Below are positions 13,411 through 25,090 of a stretch of DNA of 64,000 nt, piece by piece. This stretch comes from Balanoglossus misakiensis (lineage: Eukaryota > Animalia > Hemichordata), in contig CM082591.2 of NCBI GenBank assembly GCA_040954595.2, forward strand, positions 10,185,309 to 10,249,308, read 5' to 3'. The notes under the pieces are model-generated. The model worked only from the letters and a program-made list of their open reading frames with translations, did no database searches and was not told where the DNA came from. The translations under genes were made by a program, and so were the position numbers. Every line of letters starts with the position of its first letter. The first letter of the stretch is position 1.

Positions 13411-13473
13411 CTTTGACGTTCATCAAGCATGGAGGCGACCGGGACCTCCATGCTTGATGATGTCGTTTCTCTG
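13411..13473 (+). ncRNA. Candidate exon 0 (63 nt), largely a hairpin
   Basis: Preceded by a candidate 80-nt intron (gtaagt at 13331, ctgac branch site, ttgcag at 13410) and followed by CTG|gtaagc. Contains a perfect 16-bp stem, 13420-13435/13445-13460. Confidence 0.5.
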
Positions 13474-13717
13474 GTAAGCATGGCATTTAATGTTATTTTA
13501 CAAGTACATGTACACTCCTTCTAGCAAAAATTGGTCGTGGTAGGGCGAGAGGGTCCTCCCAACATCGAAATTCTGACTTAGGGAAGCGTTACAGCACCAA
13601 ACAGTAAACTCACAGTCGCATGGAATTTGTGCGTTATATTACACCGTGCGAGTAAATTGTACGTCGTTCGTTGGCTCGAGTCAGCTTTGTTATTGTGGAG
13701 CAGGTGGTACCGTAACA

Positions 13718-14079
13718 CCACAGGGGGCTCTCCCTAGGCGATGTTATTGTTTGTTTGTTGTTGTTGTTGATTGGCATAATAAACAAATACATATTTCTTT
13801 ATTAATAAATATGGTTTGTTGACATGTAAGGGTTAGGTTATTAGGGTATATTTGACAGGTTATGGTATATTCAATGGTTAGGATTAGTGTTGGCATTTTT
13901 TCGATCCATGGCCGGCATCACCCCCCCACCCCCCAACCCCCCCTGTGGCTTAGTGATGCCCGGGGCCGTGGATCAACAAACCATATTTATTAATAAAGAA
14001 ATATGTATTTGTTTATTATGCCAATCAACAACAACAAACAAACAAACAATAAAATCGCGGAGGGAGGAGCCCCCTGTGG
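13718..14079. mobile_element. MITE with ~100-bp TIRs and a 5-bp TSD (TAACA)
   Basis: ccacagggggctc...tggtttgttga / tcaacaaacca...gagccccctgtgg. taaca lies at 13713-13717 and 14080-14084. There is an internal ggttagg-rich tract and an internal hairpin. Confidence 0.8.
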
Positions 14080-14281
14080 TAACACACTACAGTATAACTT
14101 TTAAGGCAAAGCGATAGCGAATAAACTGACCAGGGTTGGTTTTGTTGTTGGGGAGATTTTTGGCACCATTGAGACTGTTATAAGCTACCAGTGTGAGCTA
14201 TGGTATAGCCGTTAACACGCAGCCCTGCCACGCAGAGCTTCTATGACTGGTTACTAACTTCTATGTCTATTTGATTCACAG

Positions 14282-14356
14282 ATGCTGCCTGAAACTGTCT
14301 GCGTTTCAACTCGGGATTCTCTTCCTTGTCCGGGGCGAGTTTAAGACCGCTCAATG
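14282..14356 (+). ncRNA. Candidate exon A (75 nt)
   Basis: Branch site TACTAAC, acceptor ttgattcacag, donor ATG|gtaagc. Confidence 0.7.
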
Positions 14357-14598
14357 GTAAGCATGACTTGCTTTATATTTGCTTTTATCGGGTGTTGCAA
14401 CCGAAACAATAGGAAGAAATGTATGTCTACGAACTAATTTACATATTCCAGCTTTCAATACAATGTACTTGTTTTTTCCCCTTCGAATTCTGGCCTTGAT
14501 TGCTTGTGATATGATCGTGATGTCATGAATTAGATGGACAACTCACAAGTTCAAATCTTCACGTGGAGCATAAAATAAATTTGGATGCATTTCCTTAA

Positions 14599-14945
14599 AG
14601 GGACAAAGTCTCTCTCTCGCTGCCCTTTTTTCCATAATTATATTTGATACAAGACACCGTTTGTTATTCTACATGTAGATATATAGTGAATGAACGTTCA
14701 GCCACACACAACTTCCGTCCCACTTGTAGACACGAGAGTAAAAATACTCGCCAAAATGAATAATCGTTCTTTACCATTTATTCATTTTGGGCGAGTTTTT
14801 ACTCTCATATCATACAAGCGGGATGGAAGTTTTGTGTGGTTGATCATTGATTCACTATATATCCAAATGTACATTAACATAAACAGTGTCTTGTATCAAA
14901 CATAATTAATGGAAAAAAGGACAGCGAGAGAGAGACTTTGTCCCT
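14599..14945. mobile_element. Fold-back MITE with TTAA TSD (Kolobok-type AG...CT termini)
   Basis: ttaa|agggacaaagtctctctctcgc...gcgagagagagactttgtccct|ttaa, palindromic along almost its whole length. The empty site ttcc-ttaa-ccatatagc is present in the paralog at ~21001-21017. Confidence 0.9.
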
Positions 14946-15283
14946 TTAACCATATAGCTAAAATTACTCCCATACCAATACACAGGGAGATACTTTAACT
15001 TTGGCTGAACGTGTGCTAGTCCAACACTATGCTTAATCAAACTGGCTAAGAGATCTGTTATTATATTAGACGCATGAAGGAAAGTAATGTTGTTTAGAGT
15101 GAAATAAAACAATACTTTAGGCCAGAAAGAAAAATGTAAATAATGACACAAGCAGACTGGAATTTTTTTATGATTCTATATTATACCATGTTTTGCATAT
15201 TTTCACTAATTTGTATGGCCCACATAATTCTAAAGCAAGGTTGATTGGTTACTAATTAATATTTGCATATATTTGATTCACAG

Positions 15284-15356
15284 TCTTAAACACAGCATTT
15301 CAACGTATGCCGGAGGAGGAAGAGAATACCTAGGCCTGATCCAAGACCGCTTTCCG
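15284..15356 (+). ncRNA. Candidate exon B (73 nt), an older paralog of exon A
   Basis: Branch site TACTAAT, acceptor ttgattcacag, donor CCG|gtaagc. Shares tttcaac, aagaccgct and intron flanks with exon A. Confidence 0.7.
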
Positions 15357-15621
15357 GTAAGCCCTACTTGCTGTATACATGCTCCATAGCTTGTTTGTAA
15401 ATGCTACCTTTTCCCATCAAATAGTGAAGTCACCCTTTTAAAATTATGGTGGTGGCAAGCCACAACTGGTTATCATGAAGAGTTGGACACCACTAATAAT
15501 CATTTCAATATTTTCCAATTGGTAACCTTTATGTACCACTATCCTCAACAATTTCAGTCAACAAGATTCATATTGCGCTGTATAGCAAGGCCAAACAAAT
15601 ATGACTGATTGATAGGGATTT

Positions 15622-15661
15622 TTAGCTCACGTGATTTTCACGTGAGCTTATAGTTTAGCGA

Positions 15662-15703
<42 letters not shown>

Positions 15704-17898
15704 TGTCTGTATACCCGATATCTCAAGAACCGCTGAACCGATTTCAACCAAATTTAGTACACATGTTCAGATATCATATGGCAAGAACTGAAAAGGTTTT
15801 GGTGGGTGTGGCTTTGATATTAATGAAGTTATTAAAGTTTTTAATTTTTCTATTACATGGTTTTCTATGAGAGCTTTCGTTAATGCCGCATATATGACCA
15901 GTGGAAACGATAGTTTGAGGAGATCGACTGTTTGAGGGCGCTGTGAAATGAGAAAGTCCAGTTTGGCTGTAGCTTGGGCTGTAGCTGTGTTATAGTATAT
16001 AGCTCTGTGCTCAGACAGTGTACTCGTCGTTACAGTTACACAGTTTCAGGATCTAAATGGCAAGAACTGGAAAGGTTTTGGTAGGTGTGGCTTGGATAGT
16101 AATGAAATTATCAAATTTTTAATTTGTGAAATGAGACATTCCTGGCGATATTGCCGTGGTTCTGTCCATGCTGAGACGCTGTACCCGTCGTTACGAATAA
16201 CTTCCCTACGTGAATCCACAAGGAAGCTAACGTTGTTTAGTTGCTTCATAGAGTGTAAATTGTTAATCTACAGTCAATCTCAAAATGTCACCAGGCTTTC
16301 TATTTGTCTATTGTTCAGAGAAAAATAACATGGCGGTTGATCACACTAAACAGTAAAATCCGTTTTGTGTGTTTATAGGCAGTCTGTTATCGCCAATACT
16401 ATATAGCGATTGCTAGATGGCCTACCCAATATGTGATCGAGCGAGAATGATAACATTGAATGTCTGTTCAGATCTCATTCCGTACGTCATACGTCAACAT
16501 TTCGATTTCGATTTAATCCATTCATAAAGAATTTAGAGAAAGTCGTCTTGAATTGTGACCCCGACTATCAATTTTACGATGATTTTTTGGCGACGGAATA
16601 CACGAGACGCCATTGCATTATAACTAGGTCAGCTGGACTTCCAAGGTTACCATTTTGTGTGTATGGAATCTTATCACAGAGACCACGTACTTTGACAATA
16701 TGCCATGCTATATCAATGACGCCCCAGAAAATCTGTCGAAAAATGAATTTGTCTTCTCATGGTGGTGCAATATATTTTAATGTCTATTTTGAGGTTGATT
16801 TTGGTTTTTGGCTAACATGTATATCAATGTCAGCTTATAGCAATATTAACTGGAACAATGTTCAAATAGTCAAAATTGAAAAACTTAATAACAGCGGATC
16901 AGATTCAGTTAAAAATTGGCGTGCATTGGTGTGCAAGTACTTTGGGAAGACCTCGTATGATTTTGTTCAGGTGGAGTCAGTATCTGGCGTTTGCTATTTT
17001 TTATGAATTTTGGGGGGAATTTTCTGCAGTTTTGTTAAAAAAATTTCTTCTCTGAAATTACATGTCCAATTGATTGGAAACTTGGTATGGAGGTTCATAG
17101 GGCTTACCTGAATCACATTTGTGCAAACGGTGGTGAAATTTGCAAAAATGCATTTTTGGGCAATATTTCCTGTTTTTGTCAAAAAATCAAATCCTGTGAA
17201 ACTGTAAGTGCAATTGTTTTGATACTTTGTATTTGGGTTCCTAGGGGTGATCTCAGTCAGATATGATCAAATTGTAATGAAATTTGCATAATTGTATTTT
17301 TTGGGAATTTCTGCAGGGTTTGGCCAAATAGTCTTCAGTAAAACCACAAGTCCAATTGATTGGAAACTTTGAATGGGAATTCATATATGTGATATCAGTC
17401 AGATTTGTCTGAATTTCCTGTTGTTTGCCAAAATGTCTTCCTTATTGAAACTTGTTAAAGAGGTTCTTAGGCATGAACAGAAATCAAGACCTGATGTAAA
17501 CTCAGAATTGAAAAGAAATGTTTTCATTCAAATATTGTCGAAATATCAATATGTGTGATAGTGTACTTTTCTATCCTGGTTATGGTTTAAATATGGAGTT
17601 GTCACAATAATGAAATAATAAGAGGCACTGATCAGTATTCAACAATTAGGTTACAAGGGGGAGTGCAGGGGTTTCAAGCTAAACTTATTTTTTGTTATTT
17701 GACATCGTCCCTAACCCCTTACAAAAATTGACAAGGCAACAATTCCACAAACATGTTTACATTTCACAATGGTGCAACACACAACCCTTACACCATATAC
17801 AATATAAACCAAAATGGTTTAGCACTGGTTTTTCTAATCTTGTTATTCTGTCAACCAATCACAGTACTGCACGTGAGCATATTCAGTTAATATCTGGT
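15622..17898. mobile_element. HINE/pearl-like non-autonomous Helentron, family H2
   Basis: Terminal hairpin agctcacgtga-ttt-tcacgtgagct, (GT)n at 15666-15702, degenerate internal cores, and a distal subterminal copy cacgtgagc at 17870. T-rich flanks. Absent from duplication copy 2. Confidence 0.75.
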
Positions 17899-19103
17899 TC
17901 TGAAAATGTGACAAAATCAACAAATCAACAATAATCAGTCACCAATCATGCATTATGTGTTATTCGAGGGAACCTGAGCGGGTCCCATAAACCTGCCAAC
18001 CCATGCTAGCCATGACTTTACAAATGTTTTCGTCATACTATGCAGAAAATTCTGGCTGCCTTAAATAGGTTTTCACTTTGCGCTAGGTGTCAAATCTCAT
18101 TGCATTCTGGGCGGAAAGTCCATAACCAACTCTAGTAAGAGATAGAAGAAATGATATGTTTACTGTATGTCATGACTTCCTTTGGTCAAACATTTCTGTC
18201 TCGGTAGTTAGCATATTAAACTTTTTTCACTTTTGCTATTTTTTCTATTAAAAAGTTCAAGAATGACCCATCATCATTTTAGCTTATGAACTCTCATTTC
18301 TTTAACATGGCAAAAATCGGCCATCTTGAAATTGTCGACCGTATGAGATTTTCATCACTCATTTAGGGTATCTTAAAACGTGTTTAAAGTAGGGAGAATT
18401 GTATAGGCATGACTTGGGCTGTAAATTTGATGAAATAGCTACATGCCTATTGTTCACAAGCAGCTGACTGTACTGTAAGACTGGAAGTGTTGTTTTCATG
18501 TTTTACATATTCAATATTTGTAATTAGACCATGTCATGTATATCTTGGGGATTGCACGATCGCAATGTCTCTGCTGGTACAATGTCCTTTTAACATGTTC
18601 AGTAATATGGTAGTAATTGTAAGTTTGTGTGCGGCATTTGTAAATTATTTACAATTTATAAATTATTTTGTAAGTTTCTTCATTCTCAAATTGCTTGCCT
18701 AACGTACTGCATTAACATTTACATTTCGGTATGATTTTGAGTAGACTTTTTGTTTCAAAATTATTTTCGACACTTTTGGGTGATATGATTTTACATGGAA
18801 AATCTGATTTCCCTGTAATTCGGTTGACAGGATTTTCACCATATCTCTAAATCATGAAGTACATGTATCAGAATTGCATCAGGCCCCCAAAATTCTAGTC
18901 GCCTTTGGCAAGTAATATTAGCCATTGATCTGGGAAAGTTACAAAAATGTGTTGTCCAAGGACGTTGAAGGTACATGTGGTTTTTACACTTGCTGCATGT
19001 TTATAATTTGCAATAGAAATAGACACTCAGTGCCAGCCCACTATCCCGTCTCCTTATTGCTGACTTGTATGTATGTATGTATGTACGCATTTTATCAGAA
19101 TTA

Positions 19104-20630
19104 TTAGGTCCCATTTGGTATATGTATTTATACCATGGTACCATACGGGATCAGTTGCACCTGTATGTATGGATGTTTGTATGTCCATCAACATCAAACA
19201 TTTGGAAACTACTGGCATTTCACATTGATATTTAATGTGCAGACAGGGCAGTAGATGGGAGTTTGTCTAAGTGAAGTTGTCATTGCCAAAATATGCAAAT
19301 TAGCTGGGAAAGTGTCAAATTCGTCAAAACTTGGGAACTCAACAACTACTGGGCAAATTGCTTTCAAAATTGATAATTGGTATGCATGTACCTTATGGTA
19401 TCCTCTCACAATTCTACATGTTGTGAGCTAATAATGTGAATTTTCTATTTTTAAGCATTTTTTTGTCTCTTTCCACATTGTCGGTAAAAACCTACTTTTC
19501 TGGAATTGATCAGCTGACTTGTTTGAAATTTATTATGAAGCTTCATAGGTGATCTGAGTTACCAACCATAGTTTTGTTTAAATTGTTGCAAAAAATTGCG
19601 TATTTATAATTTTGGAGCAATTTTTAGGTCCCATTTGGTTTATGTACATATATACGATTGGGACCTTATGGAATCAGTTGCATTTGTATGTATGAGTGAA
19701 TGGATGAAAACCGCTGGGCATATCACTTCCATATTTAGTGTGTAGATGCAGGCGGGGCTGTAGATGGGATTTTGTTCAAATGAAATTGTCATTGCCAAAA
19801 TATTACCTATGTAAATGTGAAATTGGTCAAAAGTCAGAAACTTGACAACCACTGGTCAGATTGGTATGTCAATGAACCCCATACAGTCCTGTATGTTGTG
19901 AGCTAATATTATGAATTTTCTAATGTTTATTAATTTTTTTGTCTTTTTCCACGTTATTGGTAAAAAAAAACTTCACTTCTGAAAGCGACAGTCCGACTCC
20001 TTCGAAATTTAGTATGAAGCTTCCTATAGGTGGTCCGAGTTACTATATTTTTGGTTCAGATTGTTGTAAAATAGGCATATTTATAATTTTGAGCAATTTT
20101 GCCAATTATGGTCAGAATGCTTTGCAATTTGGTAGGCAGATTCCCAGGGGTAACCCAAGTAAGATGTCATAAAAATGGTTAAAACTGCGTGCTTGTGTTA
20201 TTGGGGATATTTTTGGCAATCTTTGTCAAAAACTGTTTTCTCTTAAACCGTTCAAACCGTTGTCAGATTGCTTTGAATTTTGGCAGGAATGTTCCTTGTA
20301 GTGGTTGAAGTAAGATGGTGTACAATTATAGAGATTTTTGCATATTTGTGTTTTTGCCACTTTTGAACAAATGTGTTTTTCTTTGAAACTGCTTTTTTGA
20401 TGGCTTTGAAATATGGTAGGAATATTCCTAGGGGTAACCCAATTTTTTCTGATTGCTTTGGAAGTTAGTTAACAATTTCATAACATATGTACATGTATGT
20501 GCAACTTTGATTAAATTCTGGTTGTCAATATTTAGGTAGTTTGTTGTAAATTTCTTTGTTTTTGGATAGCAAATCTTTTTAACCAATTGCTCAGTTTCTG
20601 TGAAAGTTACTGTTAACAAGGAGAGTTAGT
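19104..20630. mobile_element. HINE-like elements, family H3 (heads at ~19104 and ~19624)
   Basis: Head ttaggtcccat...(g)ggacc, (GTAT/GGAT)n, and core aaaatatgcaaattagc...aacaactactgg. Confidence 0.65.
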
Positions 20631-20708
20631 ACACCCAACTTAGACTTTTACACCCAACTTAGAGCTACTATGACTGGTTACTAACTTCTATATCTATTTG
20701 ATTCACAG

Positions 20709-20783
20709 ATGCTGCCTGAAATTGTCTGCATTTCAACTCGGGATTCTCTTCCTCGTCTGGGGCGAGTTTAAGACCGCTCAATG
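20709..20783 (+). ncRNA. Candidate exon A' (duplicate of A)
   Basis: Same TACTAAC, ttcacag and gtaagc signals as A. Four substitutions relative to A. Confidence 0.7.
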
Positions 20784-21960
20784 GTAAGCATGACTTGCTG
20801 TATATTTGCTTTTATCGGGCGTGGCACAACCGAAACAATAGGAAGCAATGTATGTCTACGAACTAATTTACACCTTCCAGTTATCAATACGTTTTTCCTT
20901 CGAATTCTAGCCTCGATTGCCTGTGATATGATCATGATGACATGAATTAAATGGTCAAGTTCAAATCTTCATGTGAAGCATAAATTAAATTTGGATGCAT
21001 TTCCTTAACCATATAGCTAGAAATTACTCCCATACCAATACACGGGGAGATACCGTAATTTTGGCTGAAAGTGTGCTAGTCCAACACTATGCTTCATCAA
21101 ACTGGCTAAGAGATCTATTATTATATATAGACACATGAAGGAAAGTAATGTTGTTTATAGTGAAATAAAACAATACCTTAGGCCACAAAGAAAAATATAG
21201 ATCACGACACAAACAGGCTGGAGTTTTTTTCAAAAATGTGTGCATAAGATAATATTGGCCCATGGTAACCAAAGCCAAAGCAGCCCAGTTCCAAATTCGA
21301 AACTCGGCTCAGTACCAGAAACTTGCTCAAAGCTACCAAATGCACAGAAAGTTTTGAGAATCTAGATGAAAAATCACCAAGCGACTAGTGCGCTTGTCTA
21401 TGTTCAATGTGTCTTCCCTGGTAACAACATGTACTTCCGCCACCATGCCATGAGATATACTGACAGCCACGTTTGAAACATTTTAGTATACTGATATTCA
21501 AAGTTTAAATGTAAAGACTTACTTTTCTATAGTAAAATAAATGTTTTATAATTGCCAACAATTTACATTCTTGCGCTAATCAGTTGTATGAAAAGTGAGG
21601 TGGATCAAATGTAAGTTTCATTTTCACAACAAACATAAAGAAATCATTGTACAGTGTTACGTAGATGTCAAAGTGTGTGTACACCTGGCGTTTAGAGATA
21701 TGATGTCAGTTTCACTTGTCACCTAACTACCATGTTTGTGGTATACCCATGTGGACCACTTTACTGCAGTACTGATGTAAATGGAGTTTCAAGATCGCTG
21801 TTACAGATTTCTCTGATTCGTATTCCACGTACATTGTCGCAGCACAGTCTGACCCTATATTATACCATGTTTTGCATATTTTCACTAATTAGCATGGCCC
21901 ACATAATTCTAAAGCAAGGTTGATTGGTTACTAATTGATATGCATATATTTGATTCACAG

Positions 21961-22033
21961 TCTTAAACACAGCATTTCAACGTATGCCGGAGGAGGAAGA
22001 GAATACCTAGGCCTGATCCAAGACCGCTTTCCG
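21961..22033 (+). ncRNA. Candidate exon B' (duplicate of B)
   Basis: Identical to B over 73 nt, while the immediate intron flanks differ. Splice signals are intact. Confidence 0.7.
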
Positions 22034-22471
22034 GTAAGCACAACTTGCTGTATACATGCTCCATAGCTTGTTTGTAAAGGCTACCTTTTCCCATCAAATA
22101 GTGAAGTCGCCCTTTCAAAATTATGGTGGTGGCAAGCCACAACTGGTTATCATGGAGAGTCCCATATAAACTTACCAGCCCAAGCTAGCCATGACTTTAC
22201 AAATGTTTCCGTCATACTATGCAGAAAATTCTGGCTGCCTTAAATAGGTTTTCACTTTGCGCTAGGGGGTCAAATCACATTGCATTCTGGGCGAAAAGTC
22301 CACAACCCACTGTAGTAAGAGATGGAAGAAATGATACATTTTGTGTATTTCATGCTTTGGTCAAACATGTCTGTCTCTGTAGTTAGCATATTAAACTCAT
22401 TAAACTTTTTTCACATTTTGTTATTTTGTCTGTTAAAAAGTTCAAGAATGACCCATTATCACTTTAGCTTA

Positions 22472-23260
22472 GGCTTCATTCACAAACACCTCTGGAGGGG
22501 GGGAGGGGAGAATTCAATTTTTTTACTGCTAATTTTCACATGCCCCCCCCCCCCCCGTACACAACCCGAAATATTTTCAAATCCCCCACCCCCTTCTGAA
22601 CTGCCAAAATTTTGAAACCCCCCCCCCCCTCCATTTTCTTTCACAGAGCAAAACACATCACCTATCTATCTTGTAAAAAAGAAAAACAGCGCTCCCATGA
22701 AAAGACTTTGAAACTGATGTTTCCCCTCATCAGTGGGTATTAAAACTGAACATGGTTTTTATTTTTTAAGTATTTGTATTCTGTGTTGGGAGACATTGTA
22801 AACCGAGAATTGAAGGGGGTGGGTGTGGGAAGGGGTGTCCCCCTCCCACGTAAGAAAATTTTATAAAGTACAGAGCTCAAAGCTGCATTTTTATGAACCC
22901 GGCAAAAGCAAATTAACTCAACTACCGGTATGTTGGGGAGGATAAATTTAACCGTTGCCGCTCAAAGTTATCATGGGGTGGGGGCAAGTCCCCTGACCTG
23001 GGACACTAGATAAACCAGTCAATGATTGAAAGGTGTTGATGAATGGAGGGGGTGGGTGTGGGAAGGGGTGTAAAATAAAGGGCGCGAAACTGCATTTTTG
23101 TGGACTCAAAATAAATATTTAGTCGTCAAAGTTTTCAAGTCCCCCCCTTTCAGTCCCTAAATTATTTCACATCCCCCCTACATACCCTCAATTTTTTCGA
23201 ATCCCTCCCTCAATTCTCCTGCCCCCCCCCCCCCCTCCAGAGGTGTTTGTGAATGCAGCC
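22472..23260. mobile_element. PIF/Harbinger-type non-autonomous element with TTA TSD
   Basis: TIR ggct(t/g)cattcacaaacacctctggagggggg with tta on each side. The empty site agc-tta-tgaac is present in the paralog at ~18281-18291. Confidence 0.9.
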
Positions 23261-23963
23261 TTATGAACTCCCATTTCTTTAACATGGCAAACATCGGCCA
23301 TCAATTGTCGACCATATGAGATTTGCATCACTCACTAAGGGTAGCTTAAGGGAGAATTGTATAGGCATGACTTGGGCTGTAAATTTGATGAAATAGCTAC
23401 ATGCCTATTGTTAACAAGCAGCTGACTGTACTGAAAGACTGGAAGTGTTGTGTACTTATTTTACATATTCAATATTTGTAATTAGACCATGTCATGTATA
23501 TCTTGGGGATTGCTCGATCGCAATGTCTCTGCTGGTACAATGTCCTTTTAACTTGTACAGTAATATGGTAGTGATTGTAAGTTTGTGTGCGGCATTTGTA
23601 AATTATTTTCAATTTATAAATTTTTTGTAAGTTTCTTCATTCTCAAATTGCTTGCCTAACGTACTGCTTTAAAATTTAAATTTTTGTATGATTTTGAGTA
23701 GACTTTTTGTTTCAAAATTATTTTCGACACTTGACATTTTTGGGTGATATGATTTTACATGGAAAATCTGATTTCCCTGTAATTCGGTTGACAGGATTTT
23801 CACCATATCTCTAAATCATGAAGTACGGTACATGTATCAGAATTGCATCAGGCCCCCAAAATTCTAGTCGCCCTTGGCAAGTAATATTAGCCATTGTTGT
23901 CCAAGGACGTTGAAGGTACAAGTGGTTTTTACACTTACTATGTAGGCATTTTATCAGAATTAT

Positions 23964-25090
23964 TAGGTCCCATTTGGTGCAGGTATATGTATTTATACCA
24001 TGGGACCTTATGGGATCAGTTGCACATGTATATATGGATGTCTGTATGGATGTTTGTCTGTATGTCTATCAATATCAAACACTTGGAAACCACTGGCATG
24101 TGACCTTGATATTTAGTGTGGAGATGCAGGCAGGGCAGTAGGTGGGAGTTGTCAAAATGAAGTTGTCATTGCCAAAATATGCAAATTAGCTGGGAAAGTG
24201 TCAAATTCGTCAAAACTCGGGAACTCGACAACTACTGAGCAAATTGCTTTCAAAATTGAAAATTGGTATTCCTGTAAGTTATGTTAACCTCACACAGTTC
24301 TATATGTTGTGAGCCAATAATGTGAATTTTCTATTTTTTATGTATTTTTTGTCTCTTTCCACATTATTGGTAGAAAATCTTCTTTTCTGGAATTGATCAG
24401 CTGACTTATTTGAAATTTAGTATGAAGCTTCATAGGTGATCTGAGTTATCATAGTTTTGTAAGGTCCCATTTGCTTTACCATGGGACCTTATGATATCGG
24501 TGGATGTATGTATGTATGTCCGTCCACATCACAAACTTGAAAACCGCTGAGCATATGACCTCGATATTTGGTGTGTAGATGCAGGCCAGGCTGAAGATTG
24601 GAGTTTGTTCAAATGAAGCTGTCATTGCCAAAAATATGCAAATTAGCTAGGAAAATGTGAAATTGGTCAAAACTCAAACTCAACAACCACTGGTCACATT
24701 GATTTGAAAATCAGTATGCATGTACCTTATGTCTACCTCAAACAGTCCTGTATGTTTTGAGCTAATATTATCGATTTTTAATTTTTTATGCCAAAAATCT
24801 TTTATGCATTTTTTGTATTTTTCCACATTATTGGTAAAGAAATCATCATTTCTAAAAGTTATAGGCCTCATTCTTTAAATTTTAGTATGAAGCTTCTAAT
24901 GGTTGTCTGAGTAACCAAAGTTTTGTTCAAATTGTTGAAAAATTTGCATATTTTAATTTTGAGCAATTTTGCCATTTTTGGTCATTTTTTTTTCTTTAAA
25001 ACTGCATGCCAGATTGATTTGGTAGGCATATTCCTAAGGGTAAACTGAGTAAGATGTTGTAAAAATGTGATATTATATATTGTGTTATTG
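23964..25090. mobile_element. HINE-like family H3 copies (heads at ~23964 and ~24461)
   Basis: Hairpin ggtcccat...atgggacc, GTAT/GGAT microsatellite, and the same core as at 19104. Confidence 0.65.

Larger units (their letters stand above)
14234..24500 (+). repeat. Tandem segmental duplication (copy 1 from ~14234, copy 2 from ~20661) with copy-specific insertions
   Basis: Collinear blocks: 14234-15165/20661-21230, 15175-15483/21855-22160 and 17983-19600/22160-24460. The right boundary is approximate. Confidence 0.9.

Noticed and set aside
13829-13890. Telomere-like ggttagg tract
   Set aside because: Degenerate and internal to a MITE, not a (TTAGGG)n array.
16548-17006. 152-aa ORF
   Set aside because: TTG start, located inside a non-autonomous HINE, and no Rep/helicase motifs.
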